In this document: positions 25,870 through 38,500 of the stretch, piece by piece
Numbering within the stretch: position 1 is the stretch's first letter
Layout of the letters: each line of letters starts with the position of its first letter
Assembly: GCF_006345805.1 (NCBI RefSeq)
Contig: NC_043005.1
Coordinates: forward strand, 90,954,001 to 91,018,000
Source of the DNA: Octopus sinensis
Lineage: Eukaryota
Direction: 5' to 3'
DNA: 64,000 nt
Notes under the pieces: model-generated
What the model was told of the DNA's origin: nothing
What the model saw: the letters and a program-made list of their open reading frames with translations, nothing else
The model's database searches: none
Made by a program: the position numbers and the translations under genes

Positions 25870-26060
25870 AATGTTACTATTATCCCAGTTCTAATGAGTG
25901 CCTTAGAAAGAGTGGTGAGAAATTTAAAACGGCTGGTTGAAGATGTTGGATATCAAGGTGTATCCCCTGGTTGGTTTGCCTGGCACAGCAAAAATCATAA
26001 CAAAGGTGGCAGAAGGCAGCTTGATATTCAGCAATCCAATACCAGCAGAGCAACAACGAA
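25870..26060 (+). mobile_element. Possible R4/Dong-like non-LTR C-terminal remnant
   Basis: VTIIPVLMSALERVVRNLKRLVEDVG weakly resembles the IPIVIGALG...L..LG end of restriction-like-endonuclease LINEs; adjacent to (AAT)n. Confidence 0.3.
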
Positions 26061-26639
26061 ATATTGAGTGAATGAAAACATTACTAACAATAATAATATT
26101 GTATTTTTGAATACCCTGATTGGTGCAAGAATAATCAGGGAATTAGATCAGGTAAATGCTAATCATTAATGCTTTTCATATTTCAACTGCACCTTAAAAC
26201 ATATTATATTTATAATATATACATACATACATATATACATACATATATATATATATATGTATGTATTTTGATATTCGATATTATGTTGTAAATAAATAGC
26301 ATGTTGATAATATATTTACAAAATATATATCATTAATGTGTATGTGTTTGTTTGCATATATGAGAATATATGCACCTCATAATTTACATGTGTATGTGTG
26401 TGTGTCTGTGTGTGTGTGCATGCCTGTATGTGTGTGTGTGAGAGAGAGAGTAGTTCTAGTTCTGATAAGAGGGGAAGTGAAAACAAAATTATACTCAAAT
26501 ATCCAGAAAAATAATGTCTTGAACAAAATGTCTTCCAATTACCACAAATATTCAATCTTATGTAAAGTAATTATTTTAATTAAATATAATTGTTTCTAAA
26601 AGAATGTATTTATTATTATTTTCAATAACTATATCATCA

Positions 26640-26759
26640 TCATCATTTTAACATCAGCTCTCCATGCTGGCATGGGTTAGATGGTTTGACTGGAGCTGAC
26701 AAGATGGAGAGCTGTACCAGGTTCTAGTCTGATTCAGCTTGGTTTCTACAACTGGAAGC
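26640..26759 (-). mobile_element. RTE-type 3' tail fragment cut off by the hAT insertion
   Basis: catttaac...ccatgctggcatggg...tttctacaactggaagc stops where the ccttcctaa seen in other copies is expected; hAT terminus follows directly. Confidence 0.7.
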
Positions 26760-29550
26760 CAGTGGCGTGCGGTGACTTCCGGCGTTGGGCATGCAATGAA
26801 TTTCATTGCCACCACCCCCACCGGCAATTTTTCAGTAAAACATTTTCGTATTCCTACGATTTACATATAAGAGATTCTGAAAATGCAATCACCCCCGTAT
26901 GACCTAAAATAAACAGGGAATAAAAAATGGCTGTGTAGAGATGAGCCTGAAGTAAGTGTATTGTTTGTATTATTCTTTGCTCTTCGAAACGTCAGTACTT
27001 TCCCATCCTCATTCTCCCTTAGAAAAGTCTAAAAAATCATAAGTGAAATGTAATAAAGATGAAATTGGATTCTGTCAATATTTTTGCATATTCAGAATCT
27101 CTATTAAAGGTAGGAATCCGAAAAAAAATTTTCACAAAAATTCGTTTTTCAAAGAGGTGCGATTCTGCATTAGCCACTATACCTATTGGTTGAGCCAAAT
27201 CAATTTGAAATGATTTAATTAAAAGAACACATTTAGTTACATTATATGGCCATAGTTTTAGATCGTTACGCTCTCGAAGACAAGTCAGGTGCTTTATCAT
27301 GCTACTTGTCAATTCAGGGAAAATTATTGACTGTTCTGAGACTTACTGAACTCCGTACATTAAAAGATTACGTCTCACGCACACACATTGAAAATACACG
27401 CATATACATGAATACGCACACAATGAAAGACAGCGAAAATTCAACATTGTAAAAAGCCTCCCAAAACTGTTGTGGCAGAAGTCAACATCTCTGAGATTGA
27501 AACAAGACACTTATTGAAAGTGAAACAAGACACTTATTTACGGCAGTAAATAGACTACACCCAGCAGCACAGGAAGGGAAATCTATGTAGGTTAGGTTTG
27601 ACGAAGAAATCGAAACATTTCTCCTGCGAAACAATACTGATGTAAGAAGGTCGAACCTTACGTTATAACAAACACTAAGAAAAACCTGTAATATATGCTC
27701 TTTAATATATTAATCTTTTTAATGTTTTAAAATGTTATTTACCTCATTTATAAATTAATTCAATTCTTCGATCTTTCTGGGCAAATATATCTATCACATT
27801 TTCATAGAAATCTTCTCTTTTCATCAATTCTTGTAATAAATCTTTTTTAATTGACATTAGTGCTAACCCAGTCTTCTTTCTCCTGTCGCATTTCTTTGGT
27901 ATGTTTTAATTCTACTTAATGCAGAAAAGGATCGCTCTACAGAAGCAGTGCTAGACGGAATTGTCAAAACCAACTTGCACAGATTGAAGAGTTCTGGCAT
28001 AGCTTCAACAAGATCACTGCTGTTAATGTAACTCATTAAATGACTTACACTTGGTTTTTTTAAATCTTTCATTGAATACATCACATTGAGCTCACTTTGT
28101 AATCGTATTACGTCAAAAAATCTGCCATCTAAAGAGTCCACGGAAAATTGTTTGCAATACTCATCAACTTTGTTGAAATTCAAAAGTTCCATGAATTTAA
28201 ACTCTTCTAAGGATGAATATCGTGCTTTTATTTGGTCAACTATTGTACTGATAATTTTGTTATAAAGCATTCTATAATGTCGTTGGGACTCAATAGATAT
28301 ATTCTTGGATCTCTGAATTCCGATTCCTGCATCGACTCCATATTTTTCCCCAACCTATCATAAAAGATTGAAAAATTATCAAGTTTGTTTTCGAGTACAG
28401 TTCTAGTTTTATCTCTTTGCTCTTTACAATACACTATGTCATGACTTTTACTCTGGAGTATGTTAAATAAGACGTCAGTAAAAGTAAAAATGTCACTGAA
28501 TACTTCTAACAAAAATAAGAAATCAGGAGCTTTTAAAGTGTGTAAGAATCCAATTGCTGAATTTATGGTGGTATCATCCCATGCTTCAGGATTTTCAATG
28601 ATGTGTTCAAAAAGGCTGATTATGAAATTATAATTTTCCTTCGTGGTAATAAGACATGAGGAGTAATTTCATCTAGTTGCTGTTGTTTTCGGAAATCTTT
28701 TTTTTAACAATGTTATCTAATGCATTAGCCCTTTTCGGTGATTTCGTAAAAAAATGTACCGAGTCCGTATATTGTAGAAAAAAATATCTTGCATTCTTTC
28801 ATAGCAGAGCATGATTGTGAAAGAACTACATTTAGGATATGGGCACAACAATGAATAAAGATCGCACATTCGTATTTCTTTCTTAGTTTTGCCTGTAACC
28901 CATTTAGTTGTCCTGCCATTGTAGCGGCACCTTCATATGTCTGTGCAATCAATCTGTTTCCACATTCTCACGTCTCAATGCATTTAAAAACATGTTCAGA
29001 TAAAGCATTTGCAGATCGATCTGCACTAACATCACTAAAACCGATAAATCGTTCTTTCGTCACACAGTCTTCTGTAACATAACGTAAAACTGTCGACAGT
29101 TGTGAAGATGCTGAGACATCAGATGTCTCATCAACAAGAATAGAAACAAACTTAGCTTGCTCAGTTTCCTTCTGCATCTCATTCAACGTAACTTTATGAA
29201 TTGCTTCGATCAAGTCATTTTGAATTCTGTTTGACAGACCGGTGAAGATAGAAGCTGAATTATTTTTTTTTGTCATATTTACTGATCAAATATACGAGCT
29301 CTTTATAATTTCCACGATTATTAGAGTCTTCAGATTCAAAATGACCCCGAAACGATAATTCCTGGAGGCCTAAAAAAATAACAACATCGATCAACCATTG
29401 CAGAATGGATCTGTTTCATCTAATTGTAAGTCTATGCGAACATTTCCGAATATTTTAAGATCTATCAAACATTTTATATGCCTTTGAGAACGCACGTGCT
29501 TTAGCATAGCCATATGTAAATTATTTAAATCATCATAGCCTTTATCATTC
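26760..29550 (-). mobile_element. Decayed hAT transposon (ZMYM1/DUF4371-like transposase with C-terminal dimerisation motif)
   Basis: ORF pieces ILVDETSDVS, QTYEGAATMAG, FIHCCAHILN, LTIPSSTASVERSFSALSRIKT; terminus CAGTGGCGTGCGG at 26760; continues ~15-20 bp right of the Gypsy element, opposite TIR not found. Confidence 0.9.
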
Positions 29551-29809
29551 TGTGGTGTATGCGAGAGATTCGAAATAAAGGCACCTATCTTCTCTTCGCC
29601 CAGATGGAGACCCTTCAACGGTAATGGATCCTTCAACACAGCCCGACCCGAACGCTAGAAATAGCAGCTGCTTCTCCCAACCTTAACAACATGCTGACCC
29701 GTCTTACCCGCTCAGCGGTCTCGATCGAAAAGCGGAATCCTGCCCTACCTGCGCGGGCGTCACTGCTGCCCCTTCCGGTCAGTTCCCCAGCTGCTGATGT
29801 CATCCCACA
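29551..29809 (-). repeat. 3' LTR of the Gypsy element
   Basis: tgtggtgtat...catcccaca on +; lacks ~17 bp between ccggtcag direct repeats relative to the 5' LTR. Confidence 0.93.
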
Positions 29810-29849
29810 CGACACCCTGATCTTAAAGATCACAATCTCTCTACTCCAT

Positions 29850-32504
29850 GCCGTAGTCCACCACCCAACCGGGAGGGCGCCTTGCGCGTCGAGATCTTCT
29901 CAAGCTAGGCACCTCGTTCTCCCCCTCTCCACAATCGTCGTCCGTCGAAGCGACAATCCTGCGAAGGTCCAAGACGTGTCGTAGCATTCCATCCACGGAG
30001 ACGTTGTTTCTGGAATTGACTGCCGTCACCCTCTGCTCCATTGAGACGTACAGCGCGCCTTTGGTGGTTTAACCCAGACTTCCTCCCCTATTTTCACGCA
30101 AGCGGGTCCCTTCTCTTCCTCGTGGCCCTCCGGCGCTTTACTCGGGTGCCTCCATCCATATTTAAATACAGCTCTCTGCGGCACAGATTCTTCAGCTTGA
30201 CCGGATCGGGGAGACAAGTTGTACCAAAAAACTGCTTCAAGCGGCGAAATGTGCCCTCTTTCCGCTATGGCCTTGACTCGGCCTATACGCTGCTCTGAAC
30301 AAGCGACGTACCTTCCACCGGTCAAGCATATCCCTCAATGCTTCCGAACGAAACGCCACCCCGTTGTCCATTAGCAGTTCTTCCACGGTACCTCTCTCTA
30401 AAAATATCCCGTTCAAGATCTGCGCAATCTCAACTCCCTCGAAATGGCCAGCCGGCCCGGCCCGCAGTCGACCATGGAGAGATACATTCCCTGACGGTAG
30501 TGCGTCACATCCACAGCTAGCCTTTTCCAGTTGTGCTCCACCGAAAGGTTTCCCTGATCATGCCCACACGGAGCAGGGTCAATGGACTGACACCTGTCGC
30601 AGCTCCCGACCACTTTCCGGATGCTTCTCCTAGTGACGTCAGCATCAATTTTCTTCGCCAGATACAGGGTCCTGTCCACACCCAAGTGATGCATAGCATG
30701 CAGTCTCTTCAGTTCAGAGTCATCCAACCGACACGCTGCAGCTATCCCTTTCCGGGCATCCCCCGGTTCCTCCAACCACGCCATTTTCACCCTGGTCATT
30801 GCGTCCGCCCTGTTTTTCTCCGAAGGCACGAAAACCACGTTCAGCTTCAGTCCGAACTCAGCAATCAATTCTCCTAGAACTCCTCGACGGCGCTTCACCA
30901 ACATCTCCGCGGCACCTTTCGTCCGAACTCTCCTTTCACCGGTGATCACCGATCCTACCCAGCCAAGCACAGTGGCCGAATCCGTCCCCATTTCAGGGCC
31001 AAGTTCACCTCTTTCAGCACCGCGTCTAATTCGACGACATTGATGTGGTTGAAGTCATCTGCTTTCCGAAGCCAGGCCGCATCCACCACCGCAGCGCCTT
31101 CGATTGCCAACACAACCCCTATCGCTATACTGCTAGCGTCACACCAAACGGTCTCGCATTCCGACTTGGGCACGTACCAGTTCCCCCTGACCGGGTCTTC
31201 TGCTCTCGTCCTCTCTAGGATTTCCTGCATCATCGCCACCGTCCCTTCTCCCACCTTGTTGCCCCAACTCTCCCCCTCCGTTCGTCTCTTGGTGTAACTG
31301 CACGCCGTGCGCTGCCATCCAGCGATCGGGTAGTGACCGACCAACTTCCCACACACCGAGAACAGCTCTCTCCTGCTGACGCTGGAACTCAGCTCTGGGA
31401 TTTCATTCCCTCTCCGGAACACCAACTCACCCGATCTATCTCTTCACAGCTTCAGCCCCAGTGCGGCTCCCCCTTCCATCGACTCCGGTGGCTTCGCAAT
31501 CAATCGTCAATGTAGGAACTGGTGGCCTTTCTAATCTTGCCGTCTTTCCCTAGGACGGACTTAAGCACTGCCGCCATGATCTTCGGACGGAATTCAGTCC
31601 GAAACCCAGCCTGGTTAAACAGTACGTCCGGCCCTTGCACCGCACCAGCTGATATCGCCACAGTTTGTCGCTTACATGGAGCTACAAGTATGCCGATTTC
31701 AAGTCGACAATCGTCGCTGCCTTGGTCGACTGTCTCCACGCACGTAACGTCTCGCGACAAACGTCCGTCGCCTCACCTCCCGTGTGACACGATATATGCT
31801 GGTTTAGCTCTCTGAAGTCCAGCACCGGTCTGATTTTCTCCCCTCGTAGGCTGCACCACCGCCATCAGGGGTAGCACTCCACCCGCTACCTCCTCCTCCC
31901 AAGGGACATGGACCCCTTCCTCGATCCACCTCTCCACCTCGTCTTCAAACTCGACCCTGGCGTGGCCTTTCAGGGTATGCTGGTAGCAGCTCACTCTGTT
32001 CTTCAGCATTGGGGGCTCCTCCTTCCATCGCTACTCTATCGACCACCGCTGACCATCGAACGCCGCCTGAAAATCTTTGTCCTCGATGGTGTAAGTGGCG
32101 CAGTCCCTCGCGGGGCTCTGCTCTCTCTGGCGATCCTGACTCGCAGTGCACGACGCCCCCACGCTTCCGAACGTGACCTCATCTCCCACAATACTGACGC
32201 CACCGAGGCGGTTGATGGTGCCCATCCCCATCACCACATCAACCCCATCTATCACGCGTTCAGCCACAATTACCTGCAGCCTTAGCGTCGCGCCGCACAC
32301 CACTATCTCTACCTTGCTGCTACCTTTGCAACGGATTTCGCTGCCGTCGACCGCCCGGACGCTACTTGTCCCGTTCCATTTCTTCGTCACCCTTGAAGTC
32401 ACAAGGGTGGTCGTGCAGCCCGTATCCACGAGGGCCTTGAACGTCTTCCCCTCGGCCTCTACATCAATTAATGGCAGCGTCTCCAGAAGCGCCTCTACTC
32501 GTTT
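29850..32504 (-). pseudogene. Gypsy pol, fragmented
   Basis: Protease LVDTGC; RT VDLKSAY and YIDD (~31500-31511); RNase H WCDASS; integrase HAMHHLG...CDRC, LAVDVT; frameshifts and small deletions. Confidence 0.9.
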
Positions 32505-32530
32505 TCAGGGAAAGTTCGAGAGGCAGCAAC

Positions 32531-33259
32531 TTACCCGCGGTCGTTTCCCTGGTCGCAATCACGAGCGATGTACACTGTCTGCCTGCATCGATAGCAAACG
32601 AGCCCCGGTTGCGTACACTCCCGCGCCATGTGCGGACCCTGACATCTAAAACACCGACCTGAGAACGGCCGCTGTCGCTGCATGGTAGGCTTCTTCACGT
32701 CTTTCTCCGGTCGTCGTCCGTCTTTACGCACCTCCGTCGCCGCCATCGCTATCGCCTTCCACCCAGAGTGTCGCGTCAACACGCGGGCTTGAGTCACAAG
32801 TTCGCTCAGTGCCATCTTTTTACTCCCGGGCAATTGTTGTAGGTGAATCTCTACATCGTCGGGGAACCCATTTACGAACGCCAGTCGCGCTGCTCTCTCC
32901 AGCCCTTCTCCTGTAAACCCAGCTAGCGTCGCTAACCTTCGAACTTCTGCCGCATGTTCGTCCACCTGTCCTCCCGTCCATCTAATCGTACCCAGCTTAG
33001 CAAAAGCTTTGTATTCACACTCTGTGTAGGCATCCCTCAGACGTTGCTCTATCTTTTCCTCGCTCAGACGTTCTTCCTCATCCATCTCAAGATATAGCGT
33101 CAACGCGCTCCCTTCCAAATACAGCATCATAAGACTTGCCACATCGCTTATACCCAGCAGTCTTGCCACCAGCCTGATTTTACGAATCCAGGCCACTACA
33201 TTGCCTTCACCATTAAAGGGTCTGATAATGTCGCTGGCGATCCTGATTTTCGCTGCCAT
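32531..33259 (-). CDS. Gypsy gag (242 aa, open frame)
   Basis: MAAKIRIASDIIRPFNGEG...; zinc knuckles CFRCQGPHMAREC and degenerate CYRCRQTVYIARDC. Confidence 0.88.
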   Translation of the reverse strand: MAAKIRIASDIIRPFNGEGNVVAWIRKIRLVARLLGISDVASLMMLYLEGSALTLYLEMDEEERLSEEKIEQRLRDAYTECEYKAFAKLGTIRWTGGQVDEHAAEVRRLATLAGFTGEGLERAARLAFVNGFPDDVEIHLQQLPGSKKMALSELVTQARVLTRHSGWKAIAMAATEVRKDGRRPEKDVKKPTMQRQRPFSGRCFRCQGPHMARECTQPGLVCYRCRQTVYIARDCDQGNDRG

Positions 33260-33294
33260 CGTGGTGACGTCTTATATGGAGCGCCGAAATAGCT

Positions 33295-33570
33295 TGTGGT
33301 GTATGCGAGAGATTGGAAATAAAGGCACCTACCTTCTCTTCGCTCAGATGGAGACCCTTCAGCGGTAATGGACCCTTCAACACAGCCCGACCCGAACGCT
33401 AGAAATAGCAGCTGCTTCTCCCAACCTTAACAACATGCTGACTCGTCTTACCCGCTCAGCGACCGTGATCGAAAAGCGGAATCCTGCCCTACCTGCGCGC
33501 GCGTCACTGCTTCCCATTCCGGTCAGCCCCAAGTTCCGGTCAGCTCCCCAGCTGCTGACGTCATCCCAAA
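33295..33570 (-). repeat. 5' LTR of the Gypsy element
   Basis: tgtggtgtat...catcccaaa on +; terminal TG reads TT on the sense strand, boundary fixed by the TSD. Confidence 0.92.
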
Positions 33571-34563
33571 CATTCCAAACATTTTTTCCCTCTAGCCATC
33601 ATAAGCTAAACACTGCAAGGCAAATGGCATATACACCTCATAATTTGTGTATATATGTATATATACAGGATAAATTGTCCAATGCTTTACCAATTTTGCT
33701 TATCCCCTATTGCATGTGCTTTGTTGAAATTTATGTCTGTTTTGTCCACTTGGTTCTCACTAGTATATTTTGCATGTTTGTGTTTGTTACTATTTTATTT
33801 GTCCTACCATGGGTTATGATCACAAGGTAAGTCATGTAAGTCATGAATACACAATGAACTGAAGTGAATCCATCTCCTTCTCCTCTTCATCCTCATCACC
33901 AAATAAATGTCTTTTTTCCATGCTTGCATGTGTCAGATGGAATTTGTTACAGGAGATTTTTTTATGGTTAGACGCCCTTCCTGTCACCAACCCTTACCTG
34001 TTTCCAAGCAAGGTAATATTTCCCCATGACCAGATATGTTTACACAGAAGTCTGGTTATGAAGGACATCATTTGTACAATGGTGACACATGCTTACAACT
34101 GCCATGCAATGTCAAGGCATGTGACAATAATACGCTCACATGTACATGCTTATATCTGTGTGTGTGTGTGTGTGTGTACAGTGAACCTCTTTCAGTTTCC
34201 ATCCACTAATCTACTCATGAAGCTTTGGTTGGTCCAGGGCTTTTGTAGGAGACACTTGCCCAAAGTGCCATGTAGTTGGACTGAACTTGGGACCTTATGG
34301 TGGGAAGCAACTTCTTTCCACAGGCCAATGATAATTAACAATGTATTAATATAATGTATTCTAATTAACTTTAGTTTCAGGCTGAAACTAGACAAAGAAA
34401 AATATATCCGATCATCTGATTCCTCCAGCCTCGTGGCAATGGGCCATTGTGTTCTTCCATCTTTCTCTGTCTTTAGCAAAAGGTGAAGCTTGAAACTATT
34501 TTGTGCCACAGTTGCACAGGTCCTCTTTTAAGATGGGTCTCCAGGTTTGGTTTGGTCTACCCC

Positions 34564-34758
34564 TTTACTCTTGTCATTTGACTGTGGCCATGCTGGAGCA
34601 CTGCCTTTAGTCAAGCAAATCGATCCCAGGACTTATTATTTGTAAGCTTAGTACTTATTCTATCGGTTTCTTTTGCTGAACCGCTAAGTTACAGGGACGT
34701 AATCACATCAGCATCGGTTGTCAAGCGATGCGGGGGGGCAAACACAGACACACAAACG

Positions 34759-34837
<79 letters not shown>

Positions 34838-34982
34838 CGACGGGCTTCCTTCAGTTTCCGTCAACCAAATCCACTCACAAGGCTTTGGTCAGCCCGAAAC
34901 TATAGTAAAACACACTTGCCCAAGTTGCCACGCAGTCGGACTGAACCCGGAACCATGTGGTTAGTAAGCAAGCTACTTGCCA
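34564..34982 (-). mobile_element. SINE family A, inverted
   Basis: Reverse complement of the 17246 copy, slightly 5'-truncated. Confidence 0.88.
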
Positions 34983-34989
34983 CCAGCTC

Positions 34990-35190
34990 ATCACCATGTC
35001 ATTTCAATTCTTGCTGGGATATTTTCATCCATTCGTAGGGCATGATCTGCCAGCTACATTCGTCTGCCCTTGATGACAAGACTCAGGCATTGGTTCTTCG
35101 AAGCCTCTCCTCGTTTGTGATCTTGACTTGCTGTCTAATGCCTCTGTTAATTTTCCTCGCCATATCCTTTTTAAATGTTTCCTTTCCCAC
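34990..35190 (-). mobile_element. Old RTE-type RT C-terminal remnant
   Basis: Frameshifted ...QQVKITNEERLRRTN / SLVIKGRRM*LADHALRMDEN matches the RTE ITNEEVLRR...RWAGHVxRM pattern. Confidence 0.6.
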
Positions 35191-36088
35191 AACGAGGGGG
35201 CGGGGGGAAAGCAAAAGAAAATCTTCCTTGAATTACTGCACACTAAATCTCACGCACATGGGTGATTATTCTTTATATACTTTTCAAACAGAAGAAAACA
35301 TTGTCTTCGCTACTTGTAGCCAATAAAAGAAGATATAATTTTTTTTTAATCTCTCAAAGATATAAAAACTAATTTATTTGAATAAATTATACTCTCCCTA
35401 TATTGCTTGACCATGAGTGTCAATATCTCGATCTTATCTATGAACTTAAAGATCTGTTAATTACTGCCGTTATTGAAGATTTTTTATGAAAATACATCTT
35501 TGTATGTTTATTCCGTTTAATCACTTCTTGAACTGAAGTTTGTTTTTTATTAAAATGCGAGAATTTTCAATTTATATCACTTCTCACACTTTTTAAAACA
35601 TCGAGATATATGTCCAAACAACAGAGAAGAGTTATATTTCTTTGTATTTTGGATAAAAACAAAATTGCGTCGCGCCGTTGTGTATGAAGAGTGTCCTCCC
35701 TTGTTATGTGAATCTACGATTTACTGTGATTCACTGAATACTTTCGCTTCATTGTTGATATTGTTACTAGAGAAACGAAAAGGATGCTGACTTAAGTCGA
35801 AACTCTGGGTTTAAAACTTACAATGAGTTACTATTCAAGATGCAATATTTTCTTATTGCTGTCACAGATTAACATCCATATTAAAATTTTGATTAATTAT
35901 AACAATTTATTGTAAACTTTAGAATGATTAATCGAAATCCCAAAGTGATATGTATCTGCAGGTCAGTTAACTAGAAAACTAGGAGTCAGACTGGTTAGAA
36001 TTTTGTCCACATACAGATGCAAGCATAGCTGCACAGTTAAGAAGCCCACTTCACAGCCATGCCTATGACTGCAATGTAGTACATCAAT

Positions 36089-37595
36089 GGGATCTTTTCG
36101 GTTTGAACGGCAGTTTTTCTAGCGGTGTCATATGAAATTGTCACCCATAATTATGACCCTAGTATCGATCTATTGCATTTCAATCTATTTTAGGGTTAGG
36201 GATGGGGGAAGGGTATATTTTTTTCTTCAGAAATGTAAATAAGCCCAATCTGTTTCTTAAACGAGGGACATATTCATACGGTACAGAATGTTTTCACCTT
36301 AATAGACGTCATTGATTGGTTGAAATTGCAGAAATTGAAGAAAAAAAAACAACAAATACCTTACAAACTATAGAATTTTCTCAATAAAGCCAAGCAAAAA
36401 AGATGTTTTATAAACACAGAAGCAGCATAGCCCGGCGTTGCCCGGGTATGTAAGTGCCCCTAGTTGGCAATGACTAATCCTAATCTAGTCCTTTCTCTCT
36501 AGGGAACGAAGGCGCATGTGTAGGTTGCAATATCTTCTCTTCGCTCCCAAATAACTATCAAACAGCTATCGATAATTCAACCCAACCAATTCCTACCAGG
36601 AAGAAATTACATTCGAGACTTTACCCCCAACTTCTGCTAATAGCTGCTGCAGCCGCAAGTTATTCGAATACTTTTTTTGTTTAAACTTTCTTTATAACTA
36701 CCACCCCAAACGTTTTACCTTAAATTTTTGACGTACCCTAAGGGTCCTCGGACGCTACTTGCAAACTCTTGGTTTATTATAAACTGCTTTTGTCGTGTGC
36801 ACCAAAAAACCTTTTCCATTCGTTTGTTCAGTTTGGTCACTTTTGACTTTATTTTTGTTGTCACTCACATTGCTGCCCGTGTTCCAGGAGTTAAAAAGGT
36901 CGAGTTGCGTCCCTTAGACAGTCTGTGGTTTGTGTTTAATACACAAATCGGTTTGCTATGTGTGCCACGTATGATTTAATTAACCGATTTTTTTCCAGTA
37001 ATAAAGTATCCTATTGGAATAAAAAGGGCCATATAGCTCCTTGGAGCAGACATGATGCTCGCTGTGAATTTTAAAAAAATTCCTGCCAATTTGTGAAAGA
37101 TATTGTCGAAAATATGTCATCTTGAATTTGAACGCGATTTCCCAAAATGGCATGAATTTATCGATTTTTTCTGATGGTAAGGTATTGCACGGAAAACTAA
37201 CGTCAGAATTAAGTTTCTTAGGGTAACATTAAGCTTCACCATGAGTTTGGTGAAAATCGATTGCAGGTTGCGAAAACTACAACAGAAAATGTGTTGCATA
37301 TAAAGAGCTTAGATTCTCGACCCCAAGTCGAATTTATCGATTCTATTCAGAACTGGGGGAACTTTCCAAAATTCTCGCTGCATTAGTTTTGAATTATGAC
37401 ATTGGGCTATGTGCATGTCAAGTTTCATCAGAATCGGTTGAAAGCCGTGGTCAGGGTGAGGGTACAACCTGACAGACACACAGACAGACAAACTGCCGTT
37501 TATATATAGAGAGATTCTACCAGTATACGAAGTTTAAAATTTTTTAGTTACCTAGAAATTAAATCAAAAACAGCCGTTCAAACCGAAAAGATCCC
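36089..37595. mobile_element. Non-autonomous TIR element (MITE) split by a Helitron
   Basis: TIRs GGGATCTTTTCGGTTTGAACGGC / GCCGTTCAAACCGAAAAGATCCC; flanks ATCAAT / ATCAAT. Confidence 0.88.
36419..37514 (-). mobile_element. Non-autonomous Helitron
   Basis: Minus 5' TCTCTCTATATATAAA; 3' hairpin cccgggcaacgccggg; terminal CTAG degenerate; sits between A and T with no TSD. Confidence 0.75.
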
Positions 37596-37955
37596 ATCAA
37601 TGTCTTCTATTGGATCCTAAGATTAATCAATAACAGAGGAACGGAATTCAGTTGAAAGCAGTCAAGTGTATTGTGTGTGTGCATGTTTACACCCAACAAT
37701 GGAAGTAGGTTCTAAGAATTAGCTGCTTGCTAGGATCTTTGAGGTCGAGGTAAGGAAAGAATGTGGCTAGACACTATAATACCACCACCAATCCTGTAAG
37801 CTTAAAGTTACAGGAATGTCATTCCCCTGCATACCTTGCCATTTCCATCACTGTTTATCCCTGCCAATAAATAAAATGTTGTTTCTATCCTGTTTGAATA
37901 GCTTATTTACGTAAGCTATTCAAAAAATAAAAATAAAATACTAGATTATACAGTA

Positions 37956-38266
37956 TAGGCGTAGGAGTGGCTGTGTAGTAAGTAGCTTGCTTACCAACCA
38001 CATGGTTCCAGGTTCAGTCCCATTGTGTGGCACCTTGGGCGTCTTCTATTATAGCCTTGGGCCAACCAAAGACTTGTGAGTGAATTTGGTAGATGGAAAC
38101 TGAAAGAAGCCCATCGTAAATATATATATATATGGGGAGAGTTTACGAAAAAAAAAAACAAAAGACGAAGACAGGTGGTGTACAAAACAAACAGATGTAT
38201 AACGCTCAGGAATAGAAAAAGTCTTTTACGTTTTGAGCCTACGCTCTTCTACAGAAAGGGACACAG

Positions 38267-38298
<32 letters not shown>

Positions 38299-38500
38299 AT
38301 GTGTGTGTGTCTCTATTTGTCCCCCCAACATCACTTGACAACCGATGCTGGTGTGTTTACATCCCCGTAATTTAGCAGTTCAGATAGAGTAAGTACTAGG
38401 CTTACAAAGAATAAGTCCTGGGGTCGATTTGCTTGACTAAAAGCGGTGCTCCGGCATGGCCACAGTCAAATGACTGAAACAAGTGAAAGAGTAAAAGAGT
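37956..38500 (+). mobile_element. SINE family A split at its internal (TA)n by a ~130-bp repeat fragment
   Basis: Head ~37956-38120, insert ~38135-38265, tail ~38290-38500. Confidence 0.8.

Larger units (their letters stand above)
29551..33570 (-). mobile_element. Ty3/Gypsy LTR retrotransposon, 4.0 kb, defective
   Basis: Two LTRs, 5-bp TSD CATTC (29546-29550, 33571-33575); order gag-PR-RT-RH-IN. Confidence 0.96.

Noticed and set aside
35083-35181. Apparent orphan exon ETFKKDMARKINRGIRQQVKITNEERLRRTNA* and the antisense hydrophobic ORF 35042-35326
   Set aside because: Adjacent frames continue as an RTE RT C-terminal motif, so it is a LINE relic.
36189-36201. TTAGGGTTAGGG as an interstitial telomere
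   Set aside because: Only two units, internal to a MITE.
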